Source: Candidatus Pacearchaeota archaeon
GTDB taxonomy: Archaea; Nanobdellota; Nanobdellia; Pacearchaeales; GW2011-AR1
Assembly: GCA_016188895.1 (NCBI GenBank)
Contig: JACPGZ010000017.1
Location: 2,538-66,537 of the forward strand
Direction of reading: 5' to 3'
DNA: 64,000 bases
Shown here: positions 57,111 through 64,000 of the stretch, piece by piece
How positions within the stretch are numbered: the first letter of the stretch is position 1
Layout: each line of letters starts with the position of its first letter
Made by a program: the position numbers and the translations under genes
Notes under the pieces: generated by a model
Told to the model about the DNA's origin: nothing
Databases searched by the model: none
The model's input: only the letters and a program-made list of their open reading frames with translations

Positions 57111-57770
57111 ATGTTTAGGTGGCTGTTTAGTGGCAAAAAAGAGATAGATAAGATAAAAGAAGATACTCGAAGAGCTTTTGAATCTGTGAAAAATGATATG
57201 GATAAGGCTGGCAAATGGTTTAAACACCTGTCCAAAACTGATTCTGACCAGGAAGATAAGATTAGTGAGCTAAAATCAAAAATATCGACGCTGGAAAAAG
57301 ATATTGAAAAACTGCATAAAATTGTTTTGTTGAACAAAAGTGAAAATTTTAGACAGGTGTTTAGACAGCCTTCAACAGCTGTCTATAGACAAGCACCTGT
57401 CCAAGCTGTCCAAACAGGTGTTGAAAACGCTGTCCAAACAGGTGTTGAAGGCTATTTTTTGATTGATTTAAATAACTTGTCTGTGATGGAAAGAGCAATT
57501 GTTTATTTATTGTTGAATAGTGACATGAAATTAAGCTATGAGGATATTGCTGCAATGCTTGGAAAAAGCAGGTCAACAATAAGAAGCCAAATAAGTGTGA
57601 TAAAACAAAAAAGTGAGAATTTAATAAAAGAGTATATTGAAAAAAACGGTAAGAAAAGAGTATATATTCCTGATGAAATCAAAGAAAAGATACTTAAAAA
57701 TAAGAAAGTGAAGGAGATTAAACGAAAAAATAAGAAAAATAGTGAGAAAGAAGAGGTGAGTTATGCGTAA
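57111..57770 (+). CDS. Coiled-coil + repeat linker + HTH DNA-binding protein A
   Basis: AFESVKNDM coiled coil; AVQTGVEN repeats; LSYEDIAAMLGKSRSTIRSQI HTH. Confidence 0.82.
   Translation: MFRWLFSGKKEIDKIKEDTRRAFESVKNDMDKAGKWFKHLSKTDSDQEDKISELKSKISTLEKDIEKLHKIVLLNKSENFRQVFRQPSTAVYRQAPVQAVQTGVENAVQTGVEGYFLIDLNNLSVMERAIVYLLLNSDMKLSYEDIAAMLGKSRSTIRSQISVIKQKSENLIKEYIEKNGKKRVYIPDEIKEKILKNKKVKEIKRKNKKNSEKEEVSYA
57347..57450 (+). repeat. Intragenic GGTGTT/ACAGCTGT repeat array
   Basis: GCTGTCCAAACAGGTGTTGAA twice at 24-bp spacing; GGTGTTTAGACAGC identical to 56921-56934. Confidence 0.85.
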
Positions 57771-58024
57771 GATGGTGATTTGTGTATGTGAAAATGAAAA
57801 AGTGAGGGTAATTAAACGAAATTTAATTAGAAGATTAGATAAAATAAAGTAAAATAAGTTGAAAATAAGTAAGTGAGAGATAAAAATAACCGCTCAAACA
57901 AGTAAAAGTGAGGATTAAAGGGGAGAATAAATTTTAAAATAAAAAGTGAAAATGTAGATAAAAATATCTAATAAGGCTTAGGGAACATTAATAATGCTGT
58001 TGTAGAAGCTATTCGGTATAGCGT

Positions 58025-58816
58025 TTATAGTTCTCTAAGCCTTAATATTGTGTCTAAAGTAGCTATTTTCTTTAGATCAGGTGAAATGTGAAGGAGTATT
58101 TTTTTGTTGTTTATTTTTTCTTTTGATATTGGGATGCCTTTATTAATTAAGTGCTTTATATATTCTCGAATAGAGCTTTCAGATATATTCATTTCAGATG
58201 CAATTAGATGGTAATTCACTTCGCGACCTTCTTCCTCAAGTTGGTAGAGATGTGAAAAAACAAGTAACTCCTTTTTAGTTAATCTTTTAAATTTGAGGCG
58301 GATTTCTTTCTTTATTGTGTCTAAAGAGGCAAGGATTTCAGATGCTTTTTCCATGCTTTCCCTGGTTTTCCGGCTCGATACTTCATCATTAAAGCGAACT
58401 TTATCTGTTGGAAAATGTGTTGGATTATCTGTTGGTTTGTTTGTTGGTTTGTTTGTTGGATTATCTGTTGGAACCCCTCTGTTTCCTATGGAAACATCAT
58501 TATACTGGCTTTTTACAGCTTTTAAAGGCAAATCATCTGTTGGATTTTGTGTTGGATTTTGATTATCTGTTGGAATTTCTATGTTTTGTGTTGGATTTAT
58601 GTGTTGGATTGTTGGAAAATGTGTTGGGTTTTGGGTTTTGGTGTTTTCATCTGGTTTTTTCTGTTTTATCTCGTTAGATACTTCCTGAATCAGTGATATT
58701 AGTGCTGGGAATTCGTCTGTAATTTTATTGATTTTTAGCTTTAATGATTCTATCTCCTGCTCTATTCTATTGATGTCTTCTTTTACTTTTGAGAATGCTT
58801 GTTTTATCTGTTCCAT
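58025..58816 (-). CDS. Coiled-coil + repeat linker + winged-helix protein B
   Basis: AFSKVKEDI coiled coil; NPT[H/Q/D/N] repeats; LTKKE..Y..IASEMNISESSIREYI..LI.KG. Confidence 0.82.
   Translation of the reverse strand: MEQIKQAFSKVKEDINRIEQEIESLKLKINKITDEFPALISLIQEVSNEIKQKKPDENTKTQNPTHFPTIQHINPTQNIEIPTDNQNPTQNPTDDLPLKAVKSQYNDVSIGNRGVPTDNPTNKPTNKPTDNPTHFPTDKVRFNDEVSSRKTRESMEKASEILASLDTIKKEIRLKFKRLTKKELLVFSHLYQLEEEGREVNYHLIASEMNISESSIREYIKHLINKGIPISKEKINNKKILLHISPDLKKIATLDTILRLREL
58404..58633 (+). repeat. Intragenic TGTTGG array (13 copies, many at 12-bp period)
   Basis: 58610-58633 identical to 56846-56869 over 24 bp. Confidence 0.88.
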
Positions 58817-58846
58817 GATTATAGATGAGTTTGGGATTTAATAATA

Positions 58847-59113
58847 TTATTGGGTTTTTTTATAAGCATCATATGCTTGAGGAGAAAGCATCCAGCGTTT
58901 TCTTCTGAGATAGATATCACCTTCGCTATTCTTGTTGATTTCAGTTACTAGCTGTTTTTCTTTTAATTCTAAAAGAATTGATTTTATGAATTCCTCGTCT
59001 CGTGCAAGCTCTCTTGCGAGATTTACAGTATACTGCGGTCTTGGGAAATTGTGAAATAAGATTGATAGAATCTGCTCTGATATCTTGTCCTTTTTCTCTT
59101 TTGAGATTTTCAT
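58847..59113 (-). CDS. Small winged-helix protein
   Basis: EQILSIL..P..T..LARELARDEEFIK..L.EL....LV..RW.L. Confidence 0.78.
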   Translation of the reverse strand: MKISKEKKDKISEQILSILFHNFPRPQYTVNLARELARDEEFIKSILLELKEKQLVTEINKNSEGDIYLRRKRWMLSPQAYDAYKKTQ

Positions 59114-59249
59114 TTTCCTGTGAAAGAAAGGTTTAATAAGCTTTTAAAATTTTCAGTTCTGCTATTTTTATGATCAGATGAAAACGAATAAATAATATTT
59201 AATAAATATCCGATTTAGTAAAGTATTTATAGGTGTGATATATTATTTT

Positions 59250-60281
59250 ATGATGAAAGTATATAATGGTTTATCTAGAAATCAGGTAATTGAAATTCAT
59301 TCTTTTGTTATGAAAAAACGAAAAGATTTAGGATATGGACAAACAAGGATTTATAGATTAGTTAAGGAAAAATTTGGAGTTGAAATAAAAGAGAATACCC
59401 TATCTGGATGGATTTTTCGAGGAATAAAACCATTTGGAAATGAAAAAACTCAATTTAAACCTAAGCCAAGACCTCAAAAAGAAGAGCTTTACGAATTGTA
59501 TATCAATCAAAAACAAAGCTCTGAAAAAATAGCCAAGAAGTATGATGTTTCAACGATTATTGTAATTAATTGGCTTAAATCTTATAAAATTCCTACCAGA
59601 AATCATCTTGAGTCTATGCGTACTTTGGATGTAAGAAGACAACTTAGAGAAATAAAACTAAGAAGACCAACTAAAAAGTATAATGAATTAATTCCTGAGA
59701 AAGCGTATATTCTGGGGGTCTTATGTGGGGATGCTTGTTTATATAAAAAAACGATTAAATTAGAAATAAGGCGTGATGAAGATTTTATTGACGAATTTGT
59801 TAGATGTTTTGAGAAAGTTTATGGTTTAGAATATAATTATAAATATTATAAACCAAAAAATACATTTGTTGCACAGATTAATTCTGAAATCATATCTCAA
59901 GATATTATCAAATATGGTAATTTTAAAACCCGAAGTTGGGAAGTTCCAAAAGAAATAATAGAATCGAAAAATGAAAAGATTATTGGTTCTTATTTAAAAG
60001 GTTTTTATGATAGTGAGGGAAGTGTTTCACGTTGTGCAATAACTTCTTCTTCGATTAATAAAGATGGTCTAAGAAATATTGCTCTTTTATTGAAAAAATT
60101 GGGAATAGAAACAACTTTAAAAAGCTATGGAAATGGAAAATATTGTGTTTTGTATATATTTAGAAAGGGAAGATTTAAGATATTTAGGGAAAGAGTTGGG
60201 TTTACGATAAAAAGAAAATTGAATAAGATAGACGAAACTTTAAATACAGGTTTTTTTAGTAAAAGATCTATTGCTAATTAG
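59250..60281 (+). CDS. Free-standing LAGLIDADG (DOD-type) endonuclease with N-terminal HTH regions
   Basis: AYILGVLCGDA and YLKGFYDSEG motifs; no intein termini. Confidence 0.85.
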   Translation: MMKVYNGLSRNQVIEIHSFVMKKRKDLGYGQTRIYRLVKEKFGVEIKENTLSGWIFRGIKPFGNEKTQFKPKPRPQKEELYELYINQKQSSEKIAKKYDVSTIIVINWLKSYKIPTRNHLESMRTLDVRRQLREIKLRRPTKKYNELIPEKAYILGVLCGDACLYKKTIKLEIRRDEDFIDEFVRCFEKVYGLEYNYKYYKPKNTFVAQINSEIISQDIIKYGNFKTRSWEVPKEIIESKNEKIIGSYLKGFYDSEGSVSRCAITSSSINKDGLRNIALLLKKLGIETTLKSYGNGKYCVLYIFRKGRFKIFRERVGFTIKRKLNKIDETLNTGFFSKRSIAN

Positions 60282-60321
60282 TTTAATTCCAAATATTTTT
60301 AAATAGTTTAAGAAAAATAAA

Positions 60322-62907
60322 ATGACAATAAGTTATGTTGAAAAACCACATACAAGAGAAGAAGTTGAAAAAACTTTAAATCCTCTTGTAAGAGAATGGT
60401 TCTATAGTAAATTTAGAGAGTTCTCTCTTACACAACTCTATGGAGTAAAAAATATAAGAGATAGAAAAAATATTCTAATCACTGCGCCAACGGGGGGGAC
60501 AAAAACTCTAACAGCTTTTCTGAGTATTATCAATTACTTAGTTGAATTATCATTAAAGAATGAATTGGAGAATAAAGTTTATGCTGTTTACATAAGCCCA
60601 CTTAAAGCACTTTCTTCAGACATCTTCGTTAATCTTGTTCAACCTCTAAAAGAGATAGAAGAGTTGTCACGAAAAAAGGGATTAAAATTACAAAATATTA
60701 GAGTTGGTCTTAGAACTGGAGATACTGATGCAAAGGAAAGAGCACATATGCTTAGAAAACCTGCTCATATATTGATAACCACTCCAGAAACACTCGGAAT
60801 TGTTCTTAATGCGCCAAAGTTTTCCCAGGCTTTGAAAGCTGTTGAGTTTGTCATTATTGATGAGATACATGCTCTTGCTAATAAGAGAGGAGTGTTTTTA
60901 TCATTATGCATTGAGAGATTAGTTGATTTGAGCAGCATTACTCCTGTCAGGATTGGATTAAGTGCTACAATTGCTCCTTTAGAAGAGATTGCTAGATTTT
61001 TGTCGCTGAAAGAGAAATGCATTATAGCTGATGTTCAGTTTATCAAGAAAACAGATATTGATGTTTTTATTCCTGTAAGGCATCTTATTGAGACTGATTC
61101 TAAAGAGATGCATTCTGGATTATATGGGCTAATTGATGAGCTGATTCAGGAGCATAAAACAGTTATTGTATTTACAAATACGAGGTCTGCTACTGAAAGG
61201 GTTGTGCATCATTTGAAAGAGAAATTTCCTAAGAAATATATTGATGCTATTGGAGCGCATCACTCTTCTTTGAGTAAGCATCACAGACAAGGGATTGAGC
61301 AGGGATTGAGAGATGGGAAATTAAAGGTAGTTGTGACAAGCACTAGCTTAGAGCTTGGGATTGATATAGGATATGTTGATTTAGTTATTCTTTTGGGAAG
61401 CCCTAAGAGCAGTGCAAGAGCTTTGCAAAGAATTGGAAGATCAGGGCATAAGTTGCATGATGTTGCAAAAGGAAGATTTATTGTGCTTGACAGGGATGAT
61501 TTGGTTGAATGCGGGATTTTGATGAAGGAGTGTAAGGAAAAGAAAATAGATAAGGTGCAGATTCCTAAAAATTGTTTAGATGTTCTTGCCCAGCAAATTT
61601 ATGGAATGGCTATATATAAGGTTTGGAATGCTGATGAGATGTTTAATCTGATTAGAAAAAGCTATTGCTATGAAACATTATCAAGAAATGAGTTTTTTTC
61701 TGTTGTAAGTTATCTTTCAGGAGGATATAACTTAGAGAACAGGAGTGTTTATGCAAAAATATGGTATGACCCTGATAGTAATGAGATTGGAAAAAGAGGA
61801 AAGCTTGCTAGAATGATTTATATGACAAATCTTGGGACAATTCCTGAAGAGAGTTTTGTCAATGTGGTTATATCTGGCGGAGAAAAGAAAGGAGAAAAGA
61901 TTGGGGTAATTGATGAGGCTTTTTTGGAAAGGATGAAACCAGGAGATGTTTTTGTTTTAGGCGGTGAAAGATATGTGTTTAATTATACAAAAGGAATGAA
62001 TGTTTATGTTTCTCACAGTGTTCATCGCCAGCCAACAATTCCTTCATGGTTTTCAGAGATGCTGCCTTTGAGTTTTGACTCTGCGTTAGAGATTGGAAGA
62101 TTCAGAAGGCTTGTTAATGAGAGGTTTGATAAGAAGTCTGCGAAAAAAGAGATAATAGAGTTTATAAAAAAGCATCTTTATTGCAAGGATGATGTTGCAG
62201 GGTCTATTTACGAGTATTTTTTGCACCAGTATAAGTTTTCAAAGATTCCTCATGACCAAAGAATTATTGTTGAGGAGTATAAAGGTGAAAAGAGATATTT
62301 TGTATTTCATACGCTTTTTGGAAGAAGGGTTAATGATGCGCTTTCAAGGGCGTTTGCAATGACTGCAGCATATTCTGGTGGGAGAGATGTTGAAGTTGGA
62401 ATAAGTGATAATGGATTTTTCCTTTCAGGAGAAAAGATAAATATTCAGAAATGCATTGAGCTTGTTAAGACTAAGAATTTTGATGCCTTGCTGAAAGAAA
62501 GTATTGAGAAAAGCGAGATTTTGAAAAGAAGATTTAGGCATTGCGCAACTAGGGGATTGATGATATTAAGAACATATAAGGGGGTAAGCAAGAGTGTTGG
62601 AAAGCAGCAGATGAAATCTGGTTTTATTTTAGGTGCTGTGAAAAAGATATCTGATGAATTTCCTATATTAAAAGAAGCTCGGCGCGAGGTTTTAGAAGAT
62701 GTGATGGATATTAATAATGCGAGAAAGGTTTTGCAGTGGATTGAGCAAGGAAAGATAAAGATAGAATTGCAAAGGACAGAGCTTCCAAGCCCGTTTGCAA
62801 CTAATTTGATATTGCAGGGCTATAGTGACTTGATAAAGATTGAGGATAAAATTGCATTCCTGAAGAGGATGTATGATGAAGTAAAGAAGAGGATTGGGGA
62901 AGAGTGA
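60322..62907 (+). CDS. lhr: Lhr-like ATP-dependent helicase
   Basis: APTGGTKT, SPLKAL, RTGDT, TTPE, DEIH, HHSSL, LELGIDIG, QRIGRSGH. Confidence 0.95.
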   Translation: MTISYVEKPHTREEVEKTLNPLVREWFYSKFREFSLTQLYGVKNIRDRKNILITAPTGGTKTLTAFLSIINYLVELSLKNELENKVYAVYISPLKALSSDIFVNLVQPLKEIEELSRKKGLKLQNIRVGLRTGDTDAKERAHMLRKPAHILITTPETLGIVLNAPKFSQALKAVEFVIIDEIHALANKRGVFLSLCIERLVDLSSITPVRIGLSATIAPLEEIARFLSLKEKCIIADVQFIKKTDIDVFIPVRHLIETDSKEMHSGLYGLIDELIQEHKTVIVFTNTRSATERVVHHLKEKFPKKYIDAIGAHHSSLSKHHRQGIEQGLRDGKLKVVVTSTSLELGIDIGYVDLVILLGSPKSSARALQRIGRSGHKLHDVAKGRFIVLDRDDLVECGILMKECKEKKIDKVQIPKNCLDVLAQQIYGMAIYKVWNADEMFNLIRKSYCYETLSRNEFFSVVSYLSGGYNLENRSVYAKIWYDPDSNEIGKRGKLARMIYMTNLGTIPEESFVNVVISGGEKKGEKIGVIDEAFLERMKPGDVFVLGGERYVFNYTKGMNVYVSHSVHRQPTIPSWFSEMLPLSFDSALEIGRFRRLVNERFDKKSAKKEIIEFIKKHLYCKDDVAGSIYEYFLHQYKFSKIPHDQRIIVEEYKGEKRYFVFHTLFGRRVNDALSRAFAMTAAYSGGRDVEVGISDNGFFLSGEKINIQKCIELVKTKNFDALLKESIEKSEILKRRFRHCATRGLMILRTYKGVSKSVGKQQMKSGFILGAVKKISDEFPILKEARREVLEDVMDINNARKVLQWIEQGKIKIELQRTELPSPFATNLILQGYSDLIKIEDKIAFLKRMYDEVKKRIGEE

Positions 62908-63001
62908 TGAATGAAAGACTTTCTTATGATATCGTATATAATCCTCATTTATTATACGATAGCATCGTAAAGTTTAAATAGTCTTCTTATGTCTATATTT
63001 C

Positions 63002-64000
63002 ATGGAAACAGAGCTCTATAAACAAAATCCTTGGTGGGAGGGTAAATCTGAAATTGAAAGCATTCCTAGAGAAGAGCATCTTACTAGACTTATGCAAAAT
63101 TTAGAAAGTAGGGAGATATTATTTTTGATGGGGTTGAGGAGAGTTGGCAAAACAACAATAATGAAACAGTTTGTAGCGAGATTGTTGAATAAAAAAATTG
63201 CTCCTGATGATATTTTGTATGTCAGTTTGGATTCTTTTAATTTATCTGAATTTTCTATCCATGAAATTGTAAAAAAGTATAGAGAAATTCATAAAAAAAG
63301 TGTTGAGAAAAGAGTATACTTATTTTTTGATGAAGTTGTGGAAAAAGAAAATTTTGAGCAGGAACTAAAAAGCTTATATGATTCTGAAAATGTTAAAATG
63401 ATTTGTTCGTCTTCCAAAGCCACATTAATGATGGATAAGAGGGCATATTTGACTGGTAGGACAAAAACAATAGAAGTTATGCCTTTAACATTTCAAGAAT
63501 TTTTGATTTTTAAAAAAGTAGAAATCAAAAAAGCAGATAGGGCTATTCTTGAATCTTATTTTAAGGATTATTTAAAAACCGGAGGAATACCTTATTATGT
63601 GCTGACAGAAGATAGAGAATATTTAAATGAGTTAGTGCAAAATGTTATATATAAGGATATAATTGCCAGATATAATATAACCAATGAGAAAGTGATTAAG
63701 GAGTTGTTTAATTTATTATGCGAAAGAGTTGGGAAGATAACCAGCTATAATAAACTTGCTAATATATTGGGAATCTCTGTTGATAGTGTAAAGAGATATG
63801 TTAGATATTTTGAGAAATCTTATCTCTTTTATGTTGTTGATAGATACTCCAAATCTTTGAACGAGAGGATAACTTCTCCGAAGAAAATTTATATAGGAGA
63901 TGTTGGTATTAAAAACCTAATTACTGGTTATAGAGATCTTGGCGCGAGTTATGAGAATCTTGTTTTTCTTAAGATCAAAAATAAAGATCCTTATTATTAT
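63002..64000 (+). CDS. AAA_14/DUF4143-type ATP-binding protein (3' truncated by window)
   Basis: QNPWW, GLRRVGKTT Walker A, FFDEV, LTGR, GGIP, KKIY.GD.G. Confidence 0.9.
   Translation, partial: METELYKQNPWWEGKSEIESIPREEHLTRLMQNLESREILFLMGLRRVGKTTIMKQFVARLLNKKIAPDDILYVSLDSFNLSEFSIHEIVKKYREIHKKSVEKRVYLFFDEVVEKENFEQELKSLYDSENVKMICSSSKATLMMDKRAYLTGRTKTIEVMPLTFQEFLIFKKVEIKKADRAILESYFKDYLKTGGIPYYVLTEDREYLNELVQNVIYKDIIARYNITNEKVIKELFNLLCERVGKITSYNKLANILGISVDSVKRYVRYFEKSYLFYVVDRYSKSLNERITSPKKIYIGDVGIKNLITGYRDLGASYENLVFLKIKNKDPYYY

Noticed and set aside
58404-58633. TGTTGG array as CRISPR or a mere low-complexity protein linker
   Set aside because: Period is 12 bp without spacers; exact non-coding copies upstream argue against a purely peptide-level explanation.
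271-61022. Numerous antisense ORFs in the track (e.g. 271-675, 1522-2079, 12323-12775, 20519-20767, 49341-49763)
   Set aside because: Shadows of real genes on the opposite strand; Phe/Leu/Ser-rich with no motifs.
1-64000. rRNA genes, IS transposases, reverse transcriptase, cas genes
   Set aside because: None recognised in this window.

Overview
Chromosomal segment of a small-genome, AT-rich archaeon. The gene set and order point to DPANN, probably Pacearchaeota/Woesearchaeota-like (inference). 1-25.5 kb is core information processing: end of the spc operon with secY, gltX, L1/L10/L12, S19e-L39e-L31e, L21e-RpoF, S13-S4-S11-RpoD, L18e-L13-S9, and two intron-containing tRNAs, Ser(TGA) and an unusual Leu(AAG). 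xerA and metabolic genes follow. About 31-50.6 kb is a heavy-metal/redox island (CopA, MerA, ArsR/PadR/HxlR, many Cys/His proteins) that also holds a folE-SDR-PTPS pterin cluster and transketolase. 52-57 kb is a variable small-gene region, followed by a repeat-rich HTH locus, a free-standing LAGLIDADG gene, lhr and a partial AAA ATPase. Highlights: (1) two convergent coiled-coil/HTH genes each carry their own short-repeat array inside the coding sequence, and both arrays recur in the shared upstream non-coding DNA (origin/centromere-like); (2) a dispersed, always sense-oriented 36-bp modular repeat (GCCCAYTSCRTAGGGCAT...) is written into ribosomal-protein and other genes and adds peptide; (3) bacterial-type regulators, a CsrA-like gene inside an r-protein operon and a sigma-70-like gene, occur in an archaeon; (4) an A34 tRNA-Leu; (5) an unannotated Cys-rich metallothionein-like peptide. 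All family assignments are from motif recognition by eye; no database searches were run.
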